Origin: Laetmonice hystrix | Lineage: Eukaryota | Reading direction: 5' to 3' | DNA: 64,000 nucleotides | NCBI GenBank assembly: GCA_965235115.1 | Contig: OZ249441.1 | Location: forward strand, 6,200,001 to 6,264,000 | Part shown: positions 1 to 13,600 of the stretch, in pieces | Layout: every line of letters begins with the position of its first letter | Position numbering within the stretch: position 1 is the first letter of the stretch | Translations under genes and position numbers: made by a program | Notes under the pieces: generated by a model | The model's database searches: none | The model's input: the letters and a program-made list of their open reading frames with translations, nothing else | Told to the model about the DNA's origin: nothing

Positions 1-1333
1 TCTCCGCCTGTTCCACAGACTGTCAGAAAGTTTTTTTAACGTACTCCATGAAGACTTTTTCTCGGAAACCTCTAGAGGTAGCGTAGCAAGGCAAGGGGAG
101 GATGCCCTTCTGTTGAGGAGCGAAGAAGCTTGCCGTTTTGGAGTGAGACCCAGGCCGCCGTCATCAAGGCAGAGGTTGGATCCGCAGGGGTGGGAGTTGT
201 GGTCACCCCGGTGACCGTAACTGGGGCTTGCCGACACCGCCGGCATCTTGGACACGGAGCCGTCGGGTAGCCTGACCAGGAGCACGGAGAGCCCTGCTCC
301 TCTTGACCCGGCCGGTCCACTACCACCGTCCCGTGAGGACGTGAACCGGTCAGCCGTAGGCCACCGCTCCGTGTGGGCCGAGCTCTCACAGACCGCCCTC
401 ACCCTGACCCTCCCCTGCTCATTCACGGTCCTTCCTCGGTCTGCTCCCTTCAAGAACCTCAGCGGCATTGTGAGGGAGGACAGCCAGCCCTACGACCCTC
501 CATCTCTATCATAACACCACTGCAGCTCCCAACAATTGGATGGGCACCATGCTGAGACGCAAAAAGGCTTAACTGGACAATTGCCCGGCAGGGGTATCGG
601 CCTGCTGCCGTCTATAGCGCCGCAAACTCTGGCAGGTCGGGGCATGATACCGGCCCCCGGGGGCTCTCTCCCCCCTCCCGGCCACCAAACACACGGGCAC
701 ACCGATTACTACCTACTGTTTCCGGCGGCTCGGCCCGGTACTGATTGCCATTGGTGTACCACGGCAAGTGGCTCAGTAGTTGCAAACTAGCATTCAAACC
801 TAACTCAGGTAAAAACGCGTCTATGGCTTATTCCACTCAACAGGTGAGCTGCCAGGTATGTGGGTTCGACCCGTGATCCAACTGTTGGGAGGATAAGCTT
901 GGGTCGAGGTATAGGATTATCATCCGTGCACATGTATCGACAGTGTATTACCACACAACAATCCTAGATTACATACGACAACACTGGGTTATCCTGAGCG
1001 TAGGGACATTCAAAGTCTCCCGCTGAGTCACTTCCTAAGGACAGCAATTCCCAACTGAACTTGCAAGCACACGTCATAGCTCCAGGTTTTTCTCATTAGC
1101 CACTATCATGTCATTGAAGCCTGTCTCCATTGACAGGTGTCAGTCTGATAGGGTTTCCTCCACTGGGATGGTTAGTCAACCTCTACATCCGCCGTGTGAA
1201 AAAGACATCCTTGCTGGCAGGCTGAAGACAGATAGCCTTGATGTTGCTCTGTCTGGTAGTAAACAGCTGGGGAATCCTAGGGTCTCTTCATCCGGCACGC
1301 TGAAGACAACCTCGATGGTATCACAGTCTGATA

Positions 1334-1713
1334 AGCTGACGAAGATGCCTGTAGCTCCACCAGTATCAAGCTGAAGAAGATGCCTGTAGCTCCACCAGTA
1401 TCAAGCTGAAGAAGATGCCTGTAGCTCCACCAGTATCAAGCTGAAGAAGATGCCTGTAGCTCCACCAGTATCAAGCTGAAGAAGATGCCTGTAGCTCCAC
1501 CAGTATCAAGCTGAAGAAGATGCCTGTAGCTCCACCAGTATCAAGCTGAAGAAGATGCCTGTAGCTCCACCAGTATCAAGCTGAAGAAGATGCCTGTAGC
1601 TCCACCAGTATCAAGCTGAAGAAGATGCCTGTAGCTCCACCAGTATCAAGCTGAAGAAGATGCCTGTAGCTCCACCAGTATCAAGCTGAAGAAGATGCCT
1701 GTAGCTCCACCAG
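1334..1713. repeat. 35-bp minisatellite, ~11 near-identical copies
   Basis: Unit GAAGATGCCTGTAGCTCCACCAGTATCAAGCTGAA, period 1341 to 1376. Confidence 0.97.
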
Positions 1714-4700
1714 CACCAGGGTCTATTGACACTCGGCATACTCAGCGCAGGTTCAAGTCCAAATACACGATGTTTCAGAGTGTCCAGTTTTGCTGCTGAC
1801 CCTCTTCTTGCACCCATGTGCTGACCGTGACGTTTCAAGGACCACTGACCACGTCCAGCCGAATAATGTCCACCTCTCCCAGCCAGACCCAGACTATTTT
1901 AAGCTCATGTTTCGGGTGAATGGCAACTGGGTTCCCTCAGGTTGGGGTGCGGGGGTGGGTGGGTTATTCAATGGAAGCAGTAAAATCGTTACGAAAGAGG
2001 CCTTTCAGGGCGAGCCGTCGAGCACAATGGGGTTACAATGGGCACTGACCAGACGAGTGTCGTGGCTTGGTATACAAGCCTCCTCCCCCATGTACATTTA
2101 CATGTATATGGTAAATACAGCCAGATCTGACCATGACAAAACAATGGCGGGAGTGGTCAGTTGTAGCGGTCAGTCTGTGGTGGTCACCTCAACAGGACGG
2201 GCCGGGGGGGAGCGGCTGGTCACACCTCACGGGACGGGACGAGTGACCAAGGGCGGTGGGGTCTGACCTCAGGACAACCGGTCCAGACGAGCCGGCTCGG
2301 GATCGTAGCTAAGGATCAACCATGTCTGGGGGAGTTTAGGATCAAACATGGCTGTTCTTTTCTATACAATAACATTCTTTAGCAAAGTGTGAAAAGACAT
2401 GTCTGATTTCGAATACATATAAAAATTAGGATCAATCTCTCAAAGAATGCCGTCCGACATTTGTACATATTGAGGCAGTACAAAAGTGGCCAAATTTCCA
2501 AGCGTAACACAAATAGCAACATCCCGACCCTTTAGACGTGGACTGTGCCATTACCCACCAGTGTTTTTGTTATCTCTCCGACAATCTGCGGTGGCCTTTA
2601 ATTACGGTGACCGTGGTGGAACTATCCATGCCATTAAAGGATTGTCATCACCTGGTTATCTCGCACTGCTGACTGGTGCTGGACCTGGGTCTGCTCGATG
2701 TCTTACTTCTAGACACAACCAGCTGTCAGCAGCTGTCTGTCCATCTGTCACAGGTAACCCACAGGTCGATGGTCAGCTTGTACTGGTCAGCCTGACTCGT
2801 GGACGGTGCAGCCTCCTACCGGCCCATGAATACTTGATGAGGGGAACAATCTCTCAGCTAGAGTTGGGCCGTATATAACCATGATAATATCTCAATGGAA
2901 TCTGGTGGCAGGGACTAAAAACCTATCACCATGCTTGGCCTTAACCCTAACCTCGTTCCCAAACCTCCCCGCTAAAAAAACAATTTATATATGCGCTTAA
3001 CCCCTACCGGGGAAATGTTACTATTGCAGAATCTCCCTAGTCCCACCCTCACGTGTTCGACTATTGGAGCCTGTTGCGTTAGTTGACATGGAGCTCTGAG
3101 CTAACAATACGCAACCCTTCAAATCCCCCCTCCCTCCCCTCGGAGACCAGATCCTATCCGGTCTATACGGCGTTCGTATGACCAACGAGTATAGAATTTA
3201 TTCTATACTCGTTGGTATGACCTTCAATTTACTGTCCTCCCGCTATATCATCATACATGTACATCTATGTATCCTCAATATCGCCTTGGGCTTTCTAAAT
3301 CTCCTAACCGTAATGGGGTACGCCACTGAAGAAGAAAGATTTTTAAGCCACTCTTGGCTGAAAGCCAAGCCCAACCCTCAAACAACCAAATTAAGGACAA
3401 CACACCAATGACATCCCAAAGTCATCTGATTGCGGACCATTGAAGGAGACCACACAGATCAAAGACATCCGAGGACGGTGTCCAACCCTTTCTCATTGAT
3501 TCACAGTAAGGGTATAAGGTCAGGTGGTAATTACGCGTTTGTTGGAGAGACTCTTCATGAACACTTCTGTTCGGATTGCTGGACACTTCTCTCTGCTTGA
3601 CGACCTCAGAACGAGTGTAAACGTGTTTGTTTCTTGCCGCCCGATATAGCTGTATTTATTTCCACTCTATACTCTACCACTGTGAGTCACTTGTTGACTT
3701 GAAGGATTTCTTTTTCCTGAATAGCGTGTGTATTTTGTCCACTGTCCGAGAGATATAAACAGACAGAAAAGCCGGCCCTCAATTTAAAACTTCTACACGT
3801 TGTATTTCCAACAGAAATTGGAGTAATCTCATCATTCATGATGGTGTGATGGACCTAAAGTTATTGTCTCCAAATGGTCACCTTATTTCTTTTCTTATTC
3901 TTGTATTTAAACGGTACCTGGGTTCCCCTTCTCCATTAGTGGACCCGATTTTCTACCTGGACTGCGAGGCTCAGGCCAGTCGTAACTTCACACCGTCTTT
4001 GTAACCATAGAAGTTTACGAGAGGTGTGAAGCGTCCATTACAAGGGTTGGCACTCGATGGCAATCACAACCCTGGTCTGGGGGGCGGCACGTGACTTGGC
4101 TTTCTATGACAATGCCTATCACATGACCACGACTGAATCGGCTGATAATCCCCACGGATAATCCTCATGACACCCTCAAATCTGGGGGTCTGCAACTACA
4201 TATAACCTCACTTGGTCGGCTTGGGAGGAGGTGGTTTCAAATCTTCCGAATAATTCAAAGGATAATGCAGAACGTTTGACGCCCCAACATACAAGTAGAG
4301 CTCCATGTCCGATGTCTCGTTCCACGAGCAGATGATAACGAAAGGAGCTAGGTGTTTTCTAACGAGTTTATCCTAATTCTCACCCTGACTCTTACCCAGG
4401 TCCAACTCTAACCTATACTTTACATATGGAATACGATACAGGTAAACCTTACTCTATATATAAGATAAGTTGACAGTTTTAAAGCCATCTAAATATAGGT
4501 ACGCTAGCCTGGGTAATGAGTGTTTAACCTGTTCACACCAGACGGTGGTTGAGAGGGGGTACGACATACGGCTGAGGGACGCCGTCGATGGCCCGGATGT
4601 CGTCTGCTGGTGGCTGACGTCAAACCGACCGATACAGCTCATTGGTTCACCACTGAAGCTCTCCACATGTCGAGGTAACAAAAGCACCGACCATTCCGTC

Positions 4701-5114
4701 CACACATCAAAGGCTCAGCCGGTATTTTTCAAGCACTCACGTTTCGGTTGAGTGAAATACCTCTTCTCCTAATTGGATTTCGGTGTGATATTTAATTACA
4801 GTTTTCCAATATATGTGTAAACGGCTGTACGACAGTATCGACGTGCCTAGGCCGGTGTGGCTTGCATCACGAGCACTGACCCAGCCAGCCGTTCATCCGA
4901 GGGAGATCCTAACCTGTGACTGGCAGGTGCCTGAGGTGTGGTCATGGGTCATTAGAGGGGGCACTGATTACTTCGACCTCGGAAAATACCGACTTATCGA
5001 AACAACGTTAGGGAAACAAGATCCACACATGGTTTATGGTTAAACACATCACTACAACTTAACAGATACGGCTTAATGAAGACATAATGTTTGTATCTGT
5101 ACATTCTCTGAGAC

Positions 5115-5487
5115 AACACCCAGTACAGGTAACACCCAGTACAGGTAACACCAAGTACAGGTAACACCAAGTACAGGTAACACCAAGTACAGGTAACACC
5201 CAGTACAGGTAACACCCAGTACAGGTAACACCCAGTACAGGTAACACCAAGTACAGGTAACACCCAGTGCAGGTAACACCCAGTACAGGTAACACCAAGT
5301 ACAGTTAAGACCAAGTACTGGTAACACCAAGTACAGGTAACACCCAGTACAGGTAACACCCAGTACAGTTAACACGAAGTACAGGTAACACCCAGTACAG
5401 GTAACACTCAGTACAGGTAACACCAAGTACAGTTAACACCAAGTACTGGTAACACCAAGTACAGGTAACACCAAGTACAGGTAACAC
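5115..5487. repeat. 16-bp minisatellite, ~23 copies
   Basis: Unit AACACC(C/A)AGTACAGGT. Confidence 0.97.
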
Positions 5488-5671
5488 GGGAAAGAATTCA
5501 AGCAACCCGCAGAACAGACAGTAACATGATGGTCATCCCTTAATTGTAAAAACAAAACTTAACAGTCTACGTCTATAAAATGACATCCTTTGAAGATGCC
5601 GGAAGGTTTACTGAAGATATACAGATGTTTTTGGGTACAATATTGTAGTGATTGAACAAAGCGCCACCTAC

Positions 5672-5749
5672 CGTGATTCCGAACTCCTCCAGACACCTCT
5701 TCACAGCCTCCTGAGCCTCGTCATAGTTGGTCACCGTGAGGCTCTTACT
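5672..5749 (-). CDS. ARHGAP20: ARHGAP20-like exon: SKSLTVTNYDEAQEAVKRCLEEFGIT (RA domain); gene continues beyond the window
   Basis: gtgtttcag acceptor, ACG|gtaggt donor, 78 nt, phase 0 to 0. Similar to SKTITVMNSDTANEVINMSLPMLGIT in the ARHGAP20 RA domain. Confidence 0.9.
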
Positions 5750-5775
5750 CTGAAACACGCGGCAAGATGACACTC

Positions 5776-6080
5776 AAAACTTGGTAAAACTTGGAGTAGG
5801 ACTGGGTAGGACTTGGTAATACTTGGAGTAGCACTGGGTAAAACTTGGAGTAGGACTTGGTAATACTTGGAATAGGACTGGGTAGGGGTAATACTTGGAG
5901 TAGGACTGGGTAGGGGTAATACTTGGTGTAGGACTGGGTAGGGGTAATACTTGGAGTAGGACTTGGTAGGGGTAATACTTAGAGTAGGACTGGGTAGGGG
6001 TAATACTTGGAGTAGGACTGGGTAGGACTTGGTAATACTTGGAGTAGGACTGGGTAGGGGTAATACTTGGAGTAGGACTG
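5776..6080. repeat. ~28-bp minisatellite with sub-repeats
   Basis: Unit GGTAATACTTGGAGTAGGACTGGGTAGG; begins about 25 bp from the acceptor of the 5672-5749 exon. Confidence 0.95.
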
Positions 6081-6453
6081 AGACGGGACCCGGTGGTTAC
6101 GTCCCGCAGACCAGGCCCAGCAGCTGTCAATGTCAGCCCCCTCTCTTTGTATCCGTCGTCACTGAGCTAATTGCAATTATCAATACAGTCTAGGGTATTC
6201 AGAATGAAACGACAACGTTTAAAGTTGTCTGACTGTGGAAACTTTTGTGAAACCGTTTACTGGTCCTTGGAAACTTTCATTCATTCACTAACTAACGCAT
6301 TCATTCATTGTACCATGTGGCACGGTTGTGTCAGAGCACTTCCTTCCCTGTATCCAAACTGTCAATTACCCTAACCCTCCACCGAACCCACACTTAGCGC
6401 CTTACAATGAACAGGAACCATGCACGTGCAACACTCCTCAGTCTCTCAACTAG

Positions 6454-6659
6454 CTGTGGTGGGCTCTCTAAAACAACTTCACCAAGCCGTGTTATCTATG
6501 GTGGGCTCTCTAAAACAACTTCACCAAGACGTGTTATCTGTGGTGGGCTCTCTAAAACAACTTCACTAAGCCGTGTTATCTGTGGTGGGCTCTCTAAAAC
6601 AACTTCACCAAGACGTGTTATCTGTGGTGGGCTCTCTAAAACAACTTCACCAAGACGTC
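6454..6659. repeat. 42-bp minisatellite, ~5 copies
   Basis: Unit CTGTGGTGGGCTCTCTAAAACAACTTCACCAAG(A/C)CGTGTTAT. Confidence 0.96.
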
Positions 6660-7263
6660 TTCTAATACAACCAACGATCAGACCAAGAAACAAATTAATT
6701 ATCAGTTCGTTATATGTCCAGACGTCAGCCTCAGGCGAACCAGGGCAGTGAGAGTTTAGGTTTCTATGGTCTGTATGGACTCCACAATATCCCTCCTTAC
6801 TCGGCACCCTTGCCCCATTGACTGGGACGTCTACAGACACCCCAATTATCATCAACAGACAACCAAATTATCCCTTAAACCATCTCCTCTCCACCTTCCC
6901 CCTCAATCCCCACCACTCACTCTTTTAAACTTAATTGACTGGAACAAGACAGACTGCGTTAAGGTCTCACAATGGAGAACCGTCTGGGCTGACGGCCTTC
7001 CTGTTGGCTGCATTCAGTACATCGTCAATGATTACACTAAATGAGACATATAATCTACGACAACCCTACGTAAAAAGTTGTCGTTAAATGACAAGAACAT
7101 TAAGATAGCCTCACAACTTGCACAAGGATGATTTGTACGGTGATTCGGGCTTACACCTTGGGGGGAAACGGATGTACAGTGTAAATATGATAGATCAGGT
7201 TCAAAATCCCCACCAATCCGTCTCTATAAATACACCACCATTTCAGAGACAGGCGTGCATTCA

Positions 7264-7423
7264 TTAAACGCCATAGACCGACTCGGCCCGTCCAGACTCC
7301 AATAGACTCCATTCAACTGGCCCGTCTCCATTCAACAAGCTCTGAGCGAGTCCGGGGTTTTCAATGTATCAAAAACTAGTTGGATGGTGTTGAGTTGGAC
7401 CGGTACAGCTATGCCAGGCTTAA
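7264..7423. mobile_element. Possible degenerate MITE
   Basis: TTAA at both ends and loose inverted similarity (TTAAACGCCATAG vs TTAAGCCTGGCATAG). Confidence 0.25.
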
Positions 7424-8540
7424 CGCCTTGACCAGCCCCTCGAGAGATCAATCAGACACATTAAGACACACATGAAGATCAAATTTCAAGTCTCCCCAAT
7501 CCCTCTCCCCGAGTAACTTTATTTTTATGTCCTCTCCAAGATCTTGAATTAAGTATAACCCAAGTTTGGATCAATGACACTGAAGAGTTTGGACCAAGGA
7601 CACCGAGTTTGGATCAAGTCTGAAGAGAACGACACGAGACCTATCTCAAGGCAGTTGTCTATCATTATCCAATCGGTATCATTTCATTATAACCTTTGAG
7701 AGGAATAACATGACTAGAAAAAGCTCTGACTCATGACCAGTATTACAAAGTAAACACAGAGAAGATAACATGTTCACGGGTAATTATATCCTTTAATTAC
7801 ATTGACAGTTTCCTAATGTGTCCTAATAGCTGATTAGTCGCCCCAGCTGTCTGCGTTAATTAAGCCCTTCCTATGACGGCAAAGATCGCCCAAAGGACCG
7901 GGAGATTGTAGACTTTCATTGACTTCAAACACTAATGCCTTGATCTGTGCCACAAGTTGAGTCATTTTGAGCCCTAGATATCTATTTGAGCCCTAGATTC
8001 TAACTGTTTGTAATGAGTTTCCCCTCATGTTTAACTTTAATTGATGCCATCAACCTCAAGTTAAACGGCCCTTCTCGACATCAGACAACAACCGTTGTTT
8101 ACATCGGTTAACTGCGACTTTGTTGTACGACATATATTGGAACAAATCAGTAATCTCTTCATAGAAAGAGATAACTTCCCTTAAAATGACCAACACGAGT
8201 ACGCAAGACGTCTGGCTCTGTGTGGTTCCATCTGGAAACAGTATCAGGGACTGACACCCACTTCCTTGTTGATATCCCCTCCAATCAACTCCCCAAACTT
8301 TGATCTTTTCTCTCTAACTCGGTAAACTGCGTGGTGTCAGGGTGCGGTGGAGACAAAACACATCAAATTACGATCGAACTACCTTACTGACTCATTAGTC
8401 CTTCTGTGAAAGTTTTTCTTTGCATTAGAATGAATCATGATTGCATGTTAGGGTATCAGTCTTTAAAATTAAAGTTGAACATCTGTCCTGTTGGGAGTTC
8501 TTTCTCTAGCAGCTTCAGCTCTCTGGGCCCAGACAGTGGT

Positions 8541-8776
8541 ACAGAACCAGATGGAACCACAGAGAGCCAGATGGAACCACAGAGAACCAGATGGAACCAC
8601 AGAGAACCAGATGGAACCACAGGGAGCCACATGGAAACACAGAGCCACATGGAACCATAGAGAGCCAGATAGTACCAGAGTGCCAGATGGAACCACAGAG
8701 AGCCAGATAGTACCAGAGTGCCAGATGGAACCACAGAGAGCCAGATGGAACCACAGAGACCCACATGGAACCACTC
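8541..8776. repeat. 18-20-bp minisatellite
   Basis: CCAGATGGAACCACAGAGA(A/G) units mixed with CCAGATAGTACCAGAGTG variants. Confidence 0.93.
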
Positions 8777-9199
8777 AGACCTACATGGAGCTCCGAACAT
8801 GTTTCACTTCAGTTTCGACGGTCAGCTACTCAGCATTACTTTCCTGAATGTTGTTTTTCATCTTGTATTTTTTATGTGGAACGTTTTTTTTTATAGGGAA
8901 TCTTACCATTCACTTGGGTCCACTCTACAAGGACCGGCAGTTAGTGGACGCCTGCACTAATTTTACGTCATGAATGGCAGAGTCAAAATAACAGGAGTCA
9001 CCTACGAATGTATAATTCATGTTTTCTCCACCATGTCCGGCCCATGGTATCCTCCACGGAGTTATGGACGTCCTTTTGACATATACTCATTCTAATCATC
9101 AAGTTAAAATAAAGTCACGGGTGAAAACACACCAGATACGTCTCTCGTCACGGTCTGCTGGTTCTCACCTAACACACAGCTCACGTCTTTTCCATGAAA

Positions 9200-9396
9200 G
9201 GTACATCTCCCGTGATAACTTCAACCCCATCGACATTTGGTCGAAAGTAACGATCCATAGCCCTGACCTTATCACTAACCCCTAACCCCGGTCCCTTCAC
9301 CTACTAAAAACATATCCCTATCCTATCCCTATCACTGACCTTAACCCGAACCCCTGCCCAAACATTTTGTGGGGAAGTTATCATGGGGGAATAACC
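9200..9396. mobile_element. C-rich MITE with TIRs and near-perfect 8-bp TSD
   Basis: Arms GGTACATCTCCCGTGATAACTTC vs GGTTATTCCCCCATGATAACTTC (18/23). Flanks CCATGAAA and CCATAAAA. Confidence 0.6.
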
Positions 9397-9654
9397 CCAT
9401 AAAACCCTTCCGACGTTACTATCACCTTCTCTCTGCACCAGCCACACAGACCCTCTAAATATGTCATATTGACCTAATTATCTTTGACCACACACAGCCT
9501 GTACATTTCGACTGTTAGATACCGTTAGGCATACAGACCTATGACGGCGTGTATATATTCTGCCATTCTCACGGGGGCATTGACCTGTGACGACCATTCA
9601 TTGAATGCCATTCGTAGGAGTAGATTGCCGCCAACATTTACAGGAAGCTGGAGT

Positions 9655-10620
9655 ACATGTGCACCCGACTGGAGAGAGATATCATGGACAGGAGACAGAT
9701 ATACACAGACAGACAGAGTGTGCACCCAACTGGAGAGAGAGATCATGGACGAGAGACAGAGACATATATATATATACAGACAGACAGTATGCACCCAACT
9801 GGGGAGAGAGATCATGGACGAGAGACAGATATACAGACAGAGTGTGCACCCAACTGGGGAGAGAGATCATGGACGAGAGACAGATATACAGACAGAGTGT
9901 GCACCCAACTGGGGAGAGAGATCATGGACGAGAGACAGATAAAGACAGATATACACAGACACCCAACTGGGGAGAGAGATCATGGACGAGAGACAGATAG
10001 AGACAGATATACACAGACACCCAACTGGGGAGAGAGATCATGGACGAGAGACAGATATACAGACAGAGTGTGCACCCAACTGGGGAGAGAGATCATGGAC
10101 GAGAGACAGATAGAGACAGATATACACAGACACCCAACTGGGGAGAGAGATCATGGACGAGAGACAGACAGAGACAGATATACAGACAGAGTGTGCACCC
10201 AACTGGAGAGAGAGATCATGGACGAGAGACAGACAGAGACAGATATACACAGACAGACAGAGTGTGCACCCAACTGGAGAGAGATCATGGACTAGAGACA
10301 GAGACAGATATATATACACACAGACAGTATGCACCCGACTGGAGAGAGAGAGATCATGGATGAGAGAAAGATATATACAGACAGAGTGTGCACCCAACTG
10401 GAGAGAGAGATCATGGACGAGACAGATAGAGACAGATAAAGACAGAGACATACAGAGAGACAGACAGACAGACAGAGTATGCACCCAACTGGAGAGAGAT
10501 CATGGACGAGAGGCAGAGGCAGATATATATAGAGAGACAGACAGAGTGTGCACCCAACTGAAGGGAGAGATCATGGACGAGAGACAGATAAAGACAGAGA
10601 TACACAGACAGACAGAGTCA
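9655..10620. repeat. Compound minisatellite: conserved core plus variable GACA/GATA/TA microsatellite spacers
   Basis: Core GCACCCAACTGG(G/A)GAGAGAGATCATGGACGAGAGACAG repeated about 15 times with spacers of unequal length. Confidence 0.95.
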
Positions 10621-13600
10621 CGCAGGCCGTCTTGCTCCTCTCATTATGACCAGGACATAACGTCCCAGAATGCAGCATTCAAAATGGCCCTGCTGTTAAC
10701 ATGTCAGCCATGCTTGTCTGGAGGAAATGTACCTTTAGTTCCTCTCAAGCCCTAAGATAGAAGGAGCAATCCAATTCATTCACAAAGTATCTGTGCCATA
10801 TTTTCCCCATTCGAGTAAGATGAGTTCCAATTTGACACAATTTCTACGTCTCTAAACACTTCCTGTGTAACACAGCGACTTTTTCTCCCCCGTCACGTGA
10901 TCCCTCATCACTTCAAGCCATTATCCCCACCATACCTTCAGCCCCCACATAACACAGGCCAACTTTCTACGTCGCACATGAGAATGGCTGAGTATTTTTT
11001 CACTGCTATTCTCCATATGTTCTAGTTTCCGCCTCTGAAGTTACACCAGTATATTATATACATATATATGTGTGTGATTACGGGCCCAAGTTCAACTACC
11101 GTTAAGGACACGTCAATTATCCACGGCACGTTAACTGCACCTTTTTCCCAAACATTTTTGTGTTGGATTTATGAAGCAAAGCAAACATAAACCCTCATGT
11201 CAATTCCGATGTGTTTTTTTCTGCGCTCCTAATGCCTCTGGACCATTCAAAGAGACATACATATAAGAAAGTAAACGTTTAGACTTTCCTTTAAAGTTCA
11301 AACCCTTAAAAGAACCTCCAAGCGTTTCGCATGGCGCCATATTTTCTGGCTCCTTTAGACCAAGGTTATGGAGCCAGACAGGTACATTGGCATGAACCAT
11401 TGGAAGTGAATTAGAAGTCAATGAGCAGAGTTAACTCTGAAAGGTACGAGTCATTGCTGCTACATTACGTCCAATGAATCCTAGCACACGGTATCCTGTC
11501 ATAATGTAACTTGGCTGGTAAGGCTGGTGGAGCGTTCACTTGTACACACAACTACTCCAGTACCCCAGCTTCAGTACTGCTAGCTCACTGACATATTGCT
11601 CCAGTGAATTAATCTACAGGAGCCTTTTTTTTTGGGGGGGGGGGGGGGCTGGGGCCCTCCCTTTGGGTTGCCAGTGATAGATAAAAATATATAGTTCTTG
11701 AAAATTCTGGCCTTGTGTCCCCCTACCTGAATAACTTTCTTAACACGCCACTGTGTACATGTCATATCCCAATGTGTATCAGATTCTGATGTATACTGAT
11801 GACTGACGCCTGTAAAAGGTCTCTCGTCCCTGCTGACATCCCATAAACTGTCACTCATAACTGGCTGTCCATCACTTTACGTCTTGGCGCTGGCTGAGAC
11901 CGACTCAGGCAACACGTGGTCAAGATTCTGCGCATGCATCTGGTCGTCTCCACTTCCCTTTGATAGGACACCTGTCAGTCGTGACAGTGGTGTTAATTAC
12001 TGACTTCATTAATTAATGACGGACAATTAGCATCCTCACACCCTGGGTTAACTTCTAGGTACTGGTACATTAATCACAGCGTTTTCATACACAACTTTGG
12101 GATTACCTCCAGTCACGTCTACCATTACAATTCATCATGTTCCTTCAACTTAACCCAGCGCATGCCAGAGCGCACCTAGGCTCTGTTAAGGGTCACACAC
12201 ATGAAGTATTTGATGGTGAACATTCCAGTGATGCTGCTATGTGCTCCTCCGACCCATCCTCTCCCCCTCCAACACCGGGCTTACTGCTACAGTACTTTCA
12301 TACCACCGTGACCTCAACAACACCCGTCACGCCTCACTTCACACTGATCACTGACTTTAACAGATTGTGTCAAATTTTTACTACCTATATGACGTCAAAA
12401 CTGTTTAAATGATACGACTTCTATTAAATAGGCCTTTCCTGTGAAGTATCAGGAATAGTTCTTGTGTCATTTTGAAGGCTATGTTGTTGATGGAGACAAA
12501 AAGTTCGATCCCTGCGTTGGACGTGACCTTGGACACGATCCTATGAATGATGGAGTAAAAATACAAGTTTGGGTAATTTATTCGATAGAAAAACACCACA
12601 AGTCTGTAATCTGGTACAAGTCCAAATGTGAGAAATCGAAAAGAAGTTGTGGTGAGGCCCACATTTAACACCTTGCTGGTCTATCAGTGATGGTTTCTAT
12701 CTCATTTTTTCTTCAGAATGCGCTTATTACAATCTGAGCCAGAGAATGTAAATGAGTCCGTATTTGATCCCCGTATAAAGTATGATAATTATAATGGTCA
12801 TTATCTATGTCAGTTAGAGCTGGAAGATGACAACATATGGTTGTCTATATACAGCCAAACGGCCTGATGACATAACTAAGGTCACTTCTGGTAACATGTA
12901 CTCCAGTTAGCCATCAATAATGTACATGATAACTGACACTTCATGAATGTGTCGTTTGATGTGTGGCCGACAGAGCTGGAGGATCTTGGAATGTGTGCGA
13001 GTGACGACCCTGGCCTGCTGACAGTCACTGTGATTCCTCATGGATTTGGTTATTTACTTTCCCGAGCAGTAAGATGAAGTCTAGTCATGCATACCATAAA
13101 GTGATAATCGTCATAAATGTCATTTCAGACTGACATTCAAAAGACGGTCAGGGTCGGGTCAGCAAAACGTTCATGTGGATCTCCCCAACCTTATAACGTC
13201 TCGCTCCACACCTACACCGGTGTAATAGTGAAAGTGGATCCTCCCGGAATATGGACAAACGGGTCCTTTTCAAATGGAGGTCCATATTAAAACTCACACC
13301 GGGATCAGGCAGTAGGGCGCCCAGGCTGACCTTCCAACAATGTCCATGTTTGGCTGTTTGTGGTCTACCGTTATACAGTAGCCACTCATTTGATTGACAG
13401 TTTGTATGGTGTCAGGGGAAATACCCTCGCTTCGTGCCAAACTCTAAAACCTGTATTTGGATTAGGGAGTGTGACATACAAAAACGTGTTCTATGATCGT
13501 GACAGTATATGGAAATGTAGAATCACAGTTTAGCCAGATCACCAGGAACTGAAAACATGTAACTTTTGCAGTTGACTCCATTGTTAAGAAATACCATTTC

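Noticed and set aside
769-872. Pol III A-box-like TGGCTCAGTAG and B-box-like GGTTCGACCC
   Set aside because: The boxes are about 83 nt apart, no cloverleaf could be folded and no SINE tail or TSD is visible. At most a decayed SINE.
2740-2800. Minus-strand DQYKLTIDLWVT as the next RA-domain exon
   Set aside because: It does not match the expected YQLWV..G....PYPLIGHE motif, hits a stop soon after and lacks clean splice sites. The next exon is probably outside the window.
3085-4311. 13-bp inverted match GACATGGAGCTCT / AGAGCTCCATGTC as TIRs of a 1.2-kb element
   Set aside because: The similarity does not extend convincingly and no TSD was found.
9655-10620. CRISPR-like repeat-spacer appearance (here and in other arrays)
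   Set aside because: Spacers are related microsatellites or identical units, there are no cas genes, and the context is a spliceosomal intron.
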